Source: Candidatus Heimdallarchaeota archaeon
GTDB taxonomy: Archaea; Asgardarchaeota; Heimdallarchaeia; Hodarchaeales; Hodarchaeaceae
Direction of reading: 5' to 3'
DNA: 17,045 nucleotides
Assembly (NCBI GenBank): GCA_048881705.1
Contig: JBHLSH010000080.1
Coordinates: 1-17,045, forward strand
Positions 1 through 8,181 of this stretch are shown piece by piece. The notes beneath the pieces were generated by a model. The model had not been told where the DNA came from and searched no databases. It saw only the letters and a list, made by a program, of their open reading frames with translations. The translations under genes were made by a program, and so were the position numbers. The number at the start of each line of letters is the position of its first letter. The first letter of the stretch is position 1.

Positions 1-569
1 AATTCGATGAAAGATTCAAGAGGCACAAAATTTACTATTCGGCCATATTCTATGATTGTGGTCAACCCAAAAAGTGTTTGCACCATGACGGGTACTAGAA
101 GTGCTCCCGCTATGGCTCCCAAACTGAACAAAACTCCAAAAGCGATTGAAAGTTGCCTTGCAAAGTGCGCTTCTTCATCATATAACGCAGGTCTCAAGTA
201 AACATAGATTTCGTATGAGATTATTGGAATATTCAACAATATCGCGATAACAATGGCTAGTTCCACGCAAACTACAATCACGCTGTAGGGTGCTCCCAGT
301 GTGAACTGAAACGTTCCACCCTGTGCCTCTGCGAGAGAGGTGGCCCATACAAGGAGCTCTCTCAATATCAGAGTAATAGCGGGGTCATATTCTTGCAAAG
401 ACCAAGTCCCTTCCAAGAGAGAAGCCGGTAAAAAGATAACAAAGATGGTTGTTATTCCCAAAGATACGAAAATAACTTTCAAACGATCTAATAATTCCTT
501 AATATGCAGCTGCAATTCTTCTTTTGGCATACCAGCGATTAATGTAATATCTTCTTGGTTAAAGGTCAC
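1..569 (-). CDS. tatC: Twin-arginine translocase subunit TatC (5' part; runs off the window start)
   Basis: Not in the ORF track. Manual translation of the minus strand gives an open frame from GTG 569 (or ATG 530) to the window edge: MPKEELQLHIKELLDRLKVIFVSLGITTIFVIFLP...LNIPIISYEIYVYLRPALYDEEAHF. This matches the TatC 'HLxELRxRL' and 'PxIxYQxWxFxxPGLYxxE' motifs and has several hydrophobic TM segments. The start codon is uncertain. Confidence 0.85.
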   Translation of the reverse strand, partial: MTFNQEDITLIAGMPKEELQLHIKELLDRLKVIFVSLGITTIFVIFLPASLLEGTWSLQEYDPAITLILRELLVWATSLAEAQGGTFQFTLGAPYSVIVVCVELAIVIAILLNIPIISYEIYVYLRPALYDEEAHFARQLSIAFGVLFSLGAIAGALLVPVMVQTLFGLTTIIEYGRIVNFVPLESFIE

Positions 570-691
570 TATACAAACCGTACCAGCTTGGCAAATCTTG
601 AAAATTAGCTTAGTTGTCCTGGTTTTTTGAATCCCGCAGCACTTAAACTATCTTTCTATGATCGGATTTTTTGAAAAGCTCTTGATTTTAG

Positions 692-2863
692 ATGGAAAAC
701 GCTAAGAAAGAGGTCGTACTCGATACTTTGAAATCAGAAGAGATGCCAGATTCGTGGATGGACCTTTATCTCAAGGACAATGATTGGTTCACATTCCCTG
801 AGTCTGATTTGACAAAAGAAGAAGCATTGATTACTGCCATCACTGGAGTCTGGCTGGTAAGATTTCAGAATAGGAAAACGGGCAAACGAAGGGATTTGGA
901 GTGGGTTTTCGGGGAATTAGAAAGGAAGAAGAAAACTGATAAAGATTCATTTCAAATATGGCAGATTCTAATCAAAAGACTAAAGATTCTGGCACATCAA
1001 ATACCCTTAACTGTTGCCAAGTTACTAGAAACTAACTTGGATGAACTTGCAGATCTAATTAGAGATGATATCCTTGGAACCGCGTTACAGCATTCCCTTA
1101 AAGAAGATAAACGAAAGCAATTGGCTGCCAACTATACCACTTTCACAGCTTCCAAGGTTTTAAGTTGCGTGCTACCATCTAGGGCATTTCGAAAGATTAT
1201 CGATCCATTTTGCGGATCAGGTCGGCTTGTTTCAGCCTATCTAGATACTCTAGATAATGATACTGGCTGTCCCGAATTGATCTGGATTAATGACACTCAT
1301 GCGACCGCAGTGTTGATCGCATATTCACGAATCTTGCTCTTTTCGTCTAGATTTCCCCAAAACTCTACAAAAATCGTTGCTACTATTGGAGATGCTTTTA
1401 CAAAGCTCACTTCAGATCATGTTAATACATCCTTTGAGCTCGTTTTGATGAATCCTCCTTTTACTCGAACTCACCGGGTAAAGAAATCTCAGAGAAAGGC
1501 ACTTCTGCCGCTACAAGCGAAGTATGGTCATCTTGTAAAGGGACAACCAGGCCTCCACATTTATGCAATCCTTTTGGCCGATCAAATTCTGAGCAAAAAT
1601 GCTACTCTCGGTGCGGTTCTCTCTGGAGCAACGTTTTTATCAACTTATTCTCAGGGAATACAAAACTATCTGGCCACTAGGTATCAAATCGATAGTATCC
1701 TGGCTTCTAATACAAAAAAATCGTTCTCTGAAGACAGTAATTTGAGAGAAGTAATCTTAGTATTGCAGAAAAATAGAACCAGAAGATCCCGAAAAACCAA
1801 ATTCTATCTCGTCTCAGATTCTTCTTCTGAGAGTAACGAGTCATTTAATCTTATCCAATCTGTTCCAACAAGCAGTTTAATATCAGATTGGAACTGGATG
1901 CGGTATTTTCAACCTAAGTCAATGTTACAATTCAGAGGAAGGTTGTTAAAAACAGAAAAAATTAAGTCTGGAGCAAATTTAGAGCTCAGGATCGTTCGTG
2001 GGGTCGAAATGTATGGTCCTGAATTCTTTTTCCTTCCCAATAAACATTGGAACCACGTTGTCCAGATAGAAGGAGGTATCCAGATTTCTTCCCAGAAAGA
2101 TTCCTTAACCATTCCCCAGGAATATATCAAGAAATCATTGAGAAGACCGAGGAAATATTACGGATATATAACACCTAATGTTAAGGATTTCGCCCTTTCA
2201 GTACCTGAAAGTTTTAATGATATTGATGAATCGTCTACTTGGCTGAAAGAATACATCGATCTGACACACGGTTACGCGGACCCTGCAAAGAAAAAATTTG
2301 GATCCAACTGGATCCATCATATATTTCATCAATTGGAAACAAAAAAACCATGGGGACACTTGTTCTTTGTAGACAAATTCGGAATGACCACAGTCTCAAA
2401 TAACGTACTATTTTTAGAAGATAGTATTACATGTACAAAGAATTTTTACGTGTTAGTAGATGAGTCTTTAGAACTGGCAAGATTTCTGGCGGCCTGGCTT
2501 AATTCTTCGTTCTTTTTTCTACTTTTTATATGCAGTAGAAGAGAAATTGGGGGTTCATTTGGCAGACTTCAGATCGTTGACTATTTGCGAGAACCAATTT
2601 TTCTCGATATGGCACAATGTTCGTCTAGGATTATTAAAAAAGTTGATGAGACATTCAGTGAGTTGCGATCGCGCAGATTGGGTAGCATCCCTAGTCAGTT
2701 TTCAACACAAGAGAGACTTGACCTTGATTATGCCATAGCGGAGGCCTTAGATTTTCCCCAAGAAGAAATACCGTACATAGTTTCCGATCTGTACCGTCTT
2801 CTGAAAATTTCATTTGAGGGCATGAAATCACGTGACAAGTCATCCTCGACACGTAGAGGTTGA
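692..2863 (+). CDS. N6-adenine DNA methyltransferase (gamma class, Eco57I/TaqI-like) with C-terminal target-recognition region; no clear nuclease domain
   Basis: 723 aa. Motif X-like DILGTALQHSL...KQLAANYTT, motif I DPFCGSGRL, motif III IGDAF, catalytic motif IV MNPPF and motif VIII-like FSEDSNLREVILVLQK, in gamma order. The C-terminal AAWLNSSFFFL...RREIGGSFGRLQIVD resembles TaqI-C/Type IIG TRD regions. Confidence 0.85.
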   Translation: MENAKKEVVLDTLKSEEMPDSWMDLYLKDNDWFTFPESDLTKEEALITAITGVWLVRFQNRKTGKRRDLEWVFGELERKKKTDKDSFQIWQILIKRLKILAHQIPLTVAKLLETNLDELADLIRDDILGTALQHSLKEDKRKQLAANYTTFTASKVLSCVLPSRAFRKIIDPFCGSGRLVSAYLDTLDNDTGCPELIWINDTHATAVLIAYSRILLFSSRFPQNSTKIVATIGDAFTKLTSDHVNTSFELVLMNPPFTRTHRVKKSQRKALLPLQAKYGHLVKGQPGLHIYAILLADQILSKNATLGAVLSGATFLSTYSQGIQNYLATRYQIDSILASNTKKSFSEDSNLREVILVLQKNRTRRSRKTKFYLVSDSSSESNESFNLIQSVPTSSLISDWNWMRYFQPKSMLQFRGRLLKTEKIKSGANLELRIVRGVEMYGPEFFFLPNKHWNHVVQIEGGIQISSQKDSLTIPQEYIKKSLRRPRKYYGYITPNVKDFALSVPESFNDIDESSTWLKEYIDLTHGYADPAKKKFGSNWIHHIFHQLETKKPWGHLFFVDKFGMTTVSNNVLFLEDSITCTKNFYVLVDESLELARFLAAWLNSSFFFLLFICSRREIGGSFGRLQIVDYLREPIFLDMAQCSSRIIKKVDETFSELRSRRLGSIPSQFSTQERLDLDYAIAEALDFPQEEIPYIVSDLYRLLKISFEGMKSRDKSSSTRRG

Positions 2864-2878
2864 TTTTTTGGAAAAAAA
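2864..2878. terminator. Candidate bidirectional oligo-T terminator (T6-GG-A7) between convergent genes
   Basis: TTTTTTGGAAAAAAA starts directly after the MTase stop. It gives a U6 tract on the plus strand and a U7 tract on the minus strand, downstream of the membrane-protein gene. Confidence 0.45.
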
Positions 2879-2993
2879 GTCAGATTACGTTAGATTGAAG
2901 GAGATAAGAGGCGGAACCTGGAACACTCCTCTTGTAACAGTTCCGCACATATCAGTTCTCAACGTTTAATGGAATTTCAGAGCTAATCTTCCT

Positions 2994-3686
2994 TTAAAGG
3001 ATTGAAGAAGTTGGGATCTCCATCTTCGACGCTCTGTAAAACAAAATTGCCGATATGCCTAAGTCTATTACAAATCCAAGATTACGAATCAGCAGGAAGC
3101 TGGGATTTATGACTCCAAGGGAACCAACTAGTATATAAAACGCAAAAAAAATTATGAAAATCAATTTAGTTACCCTAAGATTAACGGGAGACGAAAAAGT
3201 AACCAATAAAAGAACTACATTGATAATACCCGCCATATAACTCGTTAAATCCTTGGTGAAGGTAAAGGCCCATAAATAAACCCAGAGAATCGGATCGGCA
3301 TTCCAATCATTAAAAGCACCTGTAATAAAGGCGATATGCAGTGCATTCTCAATCAAATCGCAAACAGCTGTTGCGAGCCCGAGACTCAAGCCCAATCTTG
3401 GGAAAAAAATTCCTTGATGCCTAACGAGGAGAAAAAGGCCATAAAAGAGCGATAAATAGCCCAAAATAAAGAAAGTATCAAAAACAATCCCTCCCAACAT
3501 TATGTCTCGCTCCGAAAGTGACATTGCACTAAGTTGGGCGTAGATATCACTTGGATCCATTGCTAGATGAAACTGGCCACCATCTGGATAAATAACAGTA
3601 GTAGTTACCATGCCTAGGGTCATGATGAACCCTAGGAACACCATCATCGCCACCATGTTCAGTTCCGAGGATTTAGAGTTAAACAT
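2994..3686 (-). CDS. Uncharacterised multi-pass membrane protein (about 6 TM segments)
   Basis: Several hydrophobic segments of about 20 aa (e.g. MMVFLGFIMTLGMVTTTVI, GGIVFDTFFILGYLSLFYGLFLLV, LIFIIFFAFYILVGSLGVI) and polar intramembrane motifs (D-TFFI-GY, CDLIEN). The track start (GTG 3809) overlaps the Lrp gene, so ATG 3686 (MFNSKSS, 230 aa) is preferred. Confidence 0.7.
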   Translation of the reverse strand: MFNSKSSELNMVAMMVFLGFIMTLGMVTTTVIYPDGGQFHLAMDPSDIYAQLSAMSLSERDIMLGGIVFDTFFILGYLSLFYGLFLLVRHQGIFFPRLGLSLGLATAVCDLIENALHIAFITGAFNDWNADPILWVYLWAFTFTKDLTSYMAGIINVVLLLVTFSSPVNLRVTKLIFIIFFAFYILVGSLGVINPSFLLIRNLGFVIDLGISAILFYRASKMEIPTSSIL

Positions 3687-3786
3687 TTCAATCAACTGTT
3701 TGAAATCGCTGAAGGAGTTTGGTGGGCTAGGATCATGATTAATAATTTTCTCAAGGAACCGTCTTACTTCATAGAAATACCCTTCA

Positions 3787-4248
3787 TTAAGCGGATGATA
3801 GAACAACACTTGTCACTGTTCGTTCAATACCTGTAACATTTCTTAGCTGTTCGATTACAAATGAGTTTAATGCCTCCACATCCGCCATTGTAACTTTCAC
3901 AATTAAGTCAATCTCCCCCGTTACAATTGAAACCTCTTCAACTTCCGGAAGCCCTTTGATACTTCGTGCTACTTCAAGTTGGTCGATACTGTGGCCTTTA
4001 GTGGATCTGTACGAAACGGTACAAAATATAAAAGCGCTTAATCCCTTTCCTATCTTTTTTTTGTTAATTTTAACCGTAAACTTCTCGATCACACCTTTGT
4101 TATACATTTTTTTGATACGATTATGCACTGTTGTTCGGGGAATCTTGGTTTTGTCATGAATTTCGGCAGTCGTCAATCGAGCGTTCTTCTCGAGCAGTCT
4201 AAGGATGATTTTATCTTTGTCATCTAGCATTTTAGGTATTTCCGTCAA
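3787..4248 (-). CDS. Lrp/AsnC family transcriptional regulator
   Basis: N-terminal HTH LDDKDKIILRLLEKNARLTTAEIHDKTKIPRTTVHNRIKKM..KGVI and C-terminal RAM domain LPEVEEVSIVTGEIDLIVKV. Start is TTG 4248 or ATG 4230. Confidence 0.95.
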   Translation of the reverse strand: MTEIPKMLDDKDKIILRLLEKNARLTTAEIHDKTKIPRTTVHNRIKKMYNKGVIEKFTVKINKKKIGKGLSAFIFCTVSYRSTKGHSIDQLEVARSIKGLPEVEEVSIVTGEIDLIVKVTMADVEALNSFVIEQLRNVTGIERTVTSVVLSSA

Positions 4249-4260
4249 TAGGAGTAGTGA

Positions 4261-4352
4261 TGGAACAAATGTCCATTATCATATAAAACCACGGTCATTT
4301 TGTGTACAGAATTCCAGATTCATTGGACGTTTTTTTTATACCTGAAATTTCA
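4261..4352. promoter_or_regulatory. Divergent promoter region for the Lrp gene and asparagine synthetase, with candidate operator dyads
   Basis: Minus-strand TATA TTTTATAT (4281-4288) and plus-strand TATA TTTTATA (4334-4340). Also a dyad TGGA-N7-TCCA (4261-4275), a GGACG half-site just upstream of the plus TATA (4325-4329), and a perfect palindrome TGAAATTTCA (4343-4352). Confidence 0.5.
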
Positions 4353-4386
4353 AGTTTCAATTCATGCTAAATGTGATATTAAGTGA

Positions 4387-5346
4387 ATGGAAAGAGTGAA
4401 GCAAGTGCGATCGAAAGTCCAACCCAGATTAATTGGGAAAACATATTCTGATAATAAAGAGATTACTTTGATTTATCGCATACAGTCAGTAGCACTAAAA
4501 GCAATTCATGATTATTTAGATTGCAACGGCCTTGTACAACTTATGCCAGTAATTCTTGCGCCGATTACTGATCCACTTAATCATCCAGTACACGAGGCGC
4601 AAATCAAAACTGGAATCGGTCAAAAACTTCAATTAACCAGGAGTATGATCTTTCATAAACAGATTGCTATTGCCAGACTTGATGTAAAAGGTATCTACAT
4701 CATGTCTCCTAATATAAGGCTAGAAATCGGTCATGAGAAAAGTGACAGACATCTATTTGAATTTACACAGGTTGACATGGAGCTCAAAAACGCTTCGGCG
4801 GGGGATTTCATGGCATTTATCGATAGGATGCTTGTCCATGTGTTCTCTGTGGTCAAGCTCAAGTGCGAATCCGAGCTCGATTTTCTAGGCGCCGAGTTAG
4901 AGTTACCCGTAACTCCCCTTAAAATTTATTGGAGCAAATCCTTGAAAAGAAAATTTGGGAGTGATTGGGCAGACATTATATCCAGACGTGAGCGTTCACC
5001 ATTCTGGATTACAGATTTTGAACGTGAGTTTTACGATCGAGAGGACCCTGAAATTAACGGGCGTTATATCAATTATGATCTGTTTTGGCCGTATGGATAT
5101 GGAGAAGCACTATCGGGAGGTGAAAGAGACTTCGAATTTTTTACTCTCGAAAGAAAGATAAGAGAAAGGAATCAAAATCCTCGAGAATTTGAAATTTATC
5201 TAGATCTCGCAAGACAAGGAGTGCTGGGACCCAGTGTAGGCGGTGGACTTGGCGTTGAACGTCTTGTTAGATTCCTAGCACGTTGTGAACACATCCAAGA
5301 CATTACGCTTTTCCCAAGAATACCTGGAAAATGGGTAGCAATCTGA
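4387..5346 (+). CDS. asnA: Archaeal asparagine synthetase A (AS-AR; class IIb AspRS/AsnRS catalytic domain without the anticodon-binding domain)
   Basis: 319 aa with no N-terminal OB fold. It has LTRSMIFHKQ, motif 2 NIRLE...RHLFEFTQVDME, EALSGGER and motif 3 GGGLGVERLVRFL...FPR. Confidence 0.88.
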   Translation: MERVKQVRSKVQPRLIGKTYSDNKEITLIYRIQSVALKAIHDYLDCNGLVQLMPVILAPITDPLNHPVHEAQIKTGIGQKLQLTRSMIFHKQIAIARLDVKGIYIMSPNIRLEIGHEKSDRHLFEFTQVDMELKNASAGDFMAFIDRMLVHVFSVVKLKCESELDFLGAELELPVTPLKIYWSKSLKRKFGSDWADIISRRERSPFWITDFEREFYDREDPEINGRYINYDLFWPYGYGEALSGGERDFEFFTLERKIRERNQNPREFEIYLDLARQGVLGPSVGGGLGVERLVRFLARCEHIQDITLFPRIPGKWVAI

Positions 5347-5476
5347 TAAAACATTCAAATTAGGTTATTATAACGACTTTTCAAGGAGAGCCTATTAACG
5401 AAATTTTTCATCGGCTCCTAGCGGCTATCTATGTCCAAAGAAGACTATTTCTAGGTTTCCCATTCCATGCCAACCA

Positions 5477-7576
5477 ATGACAGTAACGAGACGCGACATC
5501 GAAAAACATCTTTGGGACGCCTCCAATATTCTCCGAGGCAGCGTGGATGCCTCCGAATTCAAGAATTTTATAGTCGGGCTACTTTTCCTTAAGAGACTCT
5601 CTGATGTTTATGATGAAATTGCCAGAAATGAACCATATGGCGCTTCTACCGCCCAAATTATTTGGGAAAACCTTGATGGACACACTTATCAGATTCCCAC
5701 GGAAGCCCATTGGAATACGATACCTCGGTTATGGTACCAGGATATTGGCGATCATCTCAATCATGTCTCAGAACTTTTAGAGAAAAAAAACCCGCTACTC
5801 AAAGGAATTCTAACTACCATCGATTTTACCCGTTTACCAAGGGACACCTTGATCCGCCTGGTAAGCCATTTCGATCAGATACGTTTAGGAAACGAGGATC
5901 TCATAGATCCAGATCTCTTGGGGCGGGCTTATGAATACCTAATTGCGAAATTTGCAGAAAAAGCCAAGCAAGGTGGAGAATTTTATACGCCGCACAACGT
6001 GGTTCGTCTTCTTGTTGAGCTCTTGAGACCAGAAGAGAACATGTGGATTTGTGATCCCACCTCAGGCTCCGGCGGCCTCCTACTTCAGTGTGTGGAGTTT
6101 TTACGGCGCTTAGATAAGAAGTGGCAAACTCTTTCTCTGTTTGGCCAAGAAAGTAACCCACAGACTTGGGCATTATCAAAAATCAATATGATCCTTCATG
6201 GAATTAATGCTAGAATAGAATTGGGTGATACAATCAGAAACCCTAAGCTTGTGAAGGATGGCCATCTTCTTTCATTTGATTTAGTTATTGCAAATCCCCC
6301 ATTCTCGTTAAAAGAATGGGGAAGGGATGTTGCGGAAAATGATCCATACAACCGATTTAAACTGGGGATCCCTCCCAAGAGTATTGGTGATATGGCGTTT
6401 CTCCAGCATATGATCTCTACATTGAGATCAAATGGACGCCTCGGAATCATATTACCACACGGTGTTTTGTTTCGTGGAGGGGCTGAGCGAAAGATACGAA
6501 AGTCCCTCGTAGAGGAAGACCTCATTGAGGCCATCGTAGGTCTTCCGCCAAATCTATTTTATGGCACCAGTATTCCTGCATGTATCTTGATACTTGATAA
6601 AAGCAAACCACCGAATCGAAAATTCAAAATACAGTTTATTAATGCGTTTTCACTATACGATGCCCGTCCCAGTCAAAATAAGCTGAGCTTAAAACACATA
6701 GAAAAGATCATGGAGACATATAGTAGCCAGAGCGAATACCCCCAATTTTCACGAATGGTTTCCATTAAGGAAATTCGGGATATGATGTACAATCTCAATA
6801 TATCACTCTATGTTGACATTTCCACGCCTGACCCTCAAATCGACGTCCAGGAGATATGGCAAGGTTTTCATCTTCTTGAAAATGTGCGTCAATCACAAAT
6901 TGAGCAGGTTCAAAAAGTGATCGAACAAGTGTCTGAATCTTCATCCCTATCCTCCTCAAATATCGACACTTACCCTAAGACTTGGTACACAGCAAAGCTG
7001 GGAGATTTGGTAACAATTGAAACAGGAAAAAGGGCAAAAGGAGGAGCTTTGAAGAGCGGAGAAGTAGCAAGCATCGGAGGAGAACATATCAAGGATGGAA
7101 GAATTTCCTGGGAAACAATCAAGTACATTCCGGACCGTATTTACATGCAGCTAGCGCAAGGAAAGGTTATTCTACATGATATTTTGGTTGTTAAGGATGG
7201 GGCTACCACTGGCAAGGTGGCGTTCGTTCGTTCTCTTCCTTATGAAAGAACTGCTGTAAACGAGCACGTATTTTTAATTCGTACCAGGGATCCTAACCAA
7301 TTGGATGCAGAATTCTTGTATTATATTATGGAGTCCAGTATAGGGCAAAATCAGATTAAAAAGAGATTTCATGGGATTATTGGGGGAATAAATCGAATAG
7401 ATGTCAAATCGATAAGAATTCCGGTTCCGCCAATCAAGGAACAACGCAGGATTGTACAGATTCTGGCATCCCTTGAAACTCATATTAATTTGACATACGA
7501 GGTCAGCCAACAAGTTAAAACGTTGAAGAAGGGTTTAATGCAACATCTTCTATCTGGGCAGCTGGGAATAGATTAA
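5477..7576 (+). CDS. hsdM: Type I restriction-modification methyltransferase HsdM fused in frame to a half HsdS (single TRD)
   Basis: aa 1 to about 485 is HsdM: LWDASNILRG, GLLFLKRLSD, GEFYTP, DPTSGSGGLL, NPPF, LPHGVLFRGGAE, LPPNLFYGTSIP. After a Ser-rich linker, aa about 500-699 is one HsdS repeat: PKTWYTAKLGD...IPVPPIKEQRRIVQIL...LKKGLMQHLLSG. Confidence 0.92.
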   Translation: MTVTRRDIEKHLWDASNILRGSVDASEFKNFIVGLLFLKRLSDVYDEIARNEPYGASTAQIIWENLDGHTYQIPTEAHWNTIPRLWYQDIGDHLNHVSELLEKKNPLLKGILTTIDFTRLPRDTLIRLVSHFDQIRLGNEDLIDPDLLGRAYEYLIAKFAEKAKQGGEFYTPHNVVRLLVELLRPEENMWICDPTSGSGGLLLQCVEFLRRLDKKWQTLSLFGQESNPQTWALSKINMILHGINARIELGDTIRNPKLVKDGHLLSFDLVIANPPFSLKEWGRDVAENDPYNRFKLGIPPKSIGDMAFLQHMISTLRSNGRLGIILPHGVLFRGGAERKIRKSLVEEDLIEAIVGLPPNLFYGTSIPACILILDKSKPPNRKFKIQFINAFSLYDARPSQNKLSLKHIEKIMETYSSQSEYPQFSRMVSIKEIRDMMYNLNISLYVDISTPDPQIDVQEIWQGFHLLENVRQSQIEQVQKVIEQVSESSSLSSSNIDTYPKTWYTAKLGDLVTIETGKRAKGGALKSGEVASIGGEHIKDGRISWETIKYIPDRIYMQLAQGKVILHDILVVKDGATTGKVAFVRSLPYERTAVNEHVFLIRTRDPNQLDAEFLYYIMESSIGQNQIKKRFHGIIGGINRIDVKSIRIPVPPIKEQRRIVQILASLETHINLTYEVSQQVKTLKKGLMQHLLSGQLGID

Positions 7577-7779
7577 TCAAAGTCACAAGATCATAGATTA
7601 GTTCTGTCGATAAATGCGCAATCATTCAAGGGATCTTATGCTCCTCGTGACGTAAATGTTTGATCTTCTACTTCAATCTGTCAAAATATGATTTCAATTC
7701 AAAAATCTGTAATCATTACCTTTAAAATGCCGTTCAAGGTCAAACCAAAGACATCTAATGTGGTTAAAAAACCAGCTCT

Positions 7780-7785
7780 GGTGAT
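7780..7785 (+). promoter_or_regulatory. Ribosome-binding site for the YbjQ gene
   Basis: GGTGAT lies 7 nt upstream of ATG 7793. Confidence 0.6.
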
Positions 7786-7792
7786 AAAAAAA

Positions 7793-8155
7793 ATGTCAAT
7801 GGAAATGGATCCTGCTCAACAAGTCCTTGTATCGACTGTTGAGGAGATTCCTGGATATGAGATTGTGAATTATTTAGGGGTTGCCTTCGGAATTACTGTA
7901 CGATCACGCGGGGTTGGAGGTCGCTGCATAGGAGGTTGTGAGGCCTGTGTTGGCGGAGAAGTAACCGCTTATACACAAAGTGCAATTGAAGCTCGAAATG
8001 ATGCAATATATCGTCTATGCAGAGAAGTAGCGGATCGTGGGGGCAACGGAGTTATCGGTGTCAAATTTGACTCCTCTCGTTCTGGACAGGATGCATCTAT
8101 GACCGATATTGTTGCCTACGGGACTGTTGTAAGAGTGGTGCCTAAATCCAAGTAA
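7793..8155 (+). CDS. YbjQ/UPF0145 family protein (putative heavy-metal-binding domain) with a CX3CX2C motif
   Basis: STVEEIPGYEIVNYLGVAFGITVRSR...GGEVTAYT...ARNDAIYRL...GGNGVIGVKFD...IVAYGTVV. The start is moved from the track's 7688 to ATG 7793 (in frame, 120 aa) because of the GGTGAT site. Confidence 0.9.
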   Translation: MSMEMDPAQQVLVSTVEEIPGYEIVNYLGVAFGITVRSRGVGGRCIGGCEACVGGEVTAYTQSAIEARNDAIYRLCREVADRGGNGVIGVKFDSSRSGQDASMTDIVAYGTVVRVVPKSK

Positions 8156-8181
8156 AAAAATCCCTCAAAAACAAGCAAGCT

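Noticed and set aside
7-630. Plus-strand ORFs 7-201 and 340-630
   Set aside because: They are antisense shadows of tatC and have no recognisable motifs.
2911-2946. Hairpin with a GA/AA internal loop as a possible SECIS for readthrough of the MTase TGA
   Set aside because: Readthrough would add only about 9 codons before a TAG, the TGA is not at a Cys-aligned catalytic position, and the upper stem is A-T rich rather than the S-S pairs expected.
4387-5346. Truncated or pseudogenised aspartyl/asparaginyl-tRNA synthetase
   Set aside because: Lack of the anticodon domain with intact motifs 2 and 3 at about 320 aa is the normal form of archaeal asparagine synthetase. There is no upstream remnant.
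692-7576. Integrated mobile element or defence island spanning both methyltransferases
   Set aside because: I saw no integrase, transposase, att-like direct repeat or tRNA boundary by eye, and the genes in between are ordinary metabolic and regulatory genes.
7688-7792. 35-aa N-terminal extension of YbjQ given in the ORF track
   Set aside because: It has no family resemblance, and a strong GGTGAT site supports ATG 7793.
7793-8155. Calling the CX3CX2C protein a radical SAM enzyme
   Set aside because: It is only 120 aa, is fully accounted for by the YbjQ fold, and has no barrel or SAM-binding motifs.
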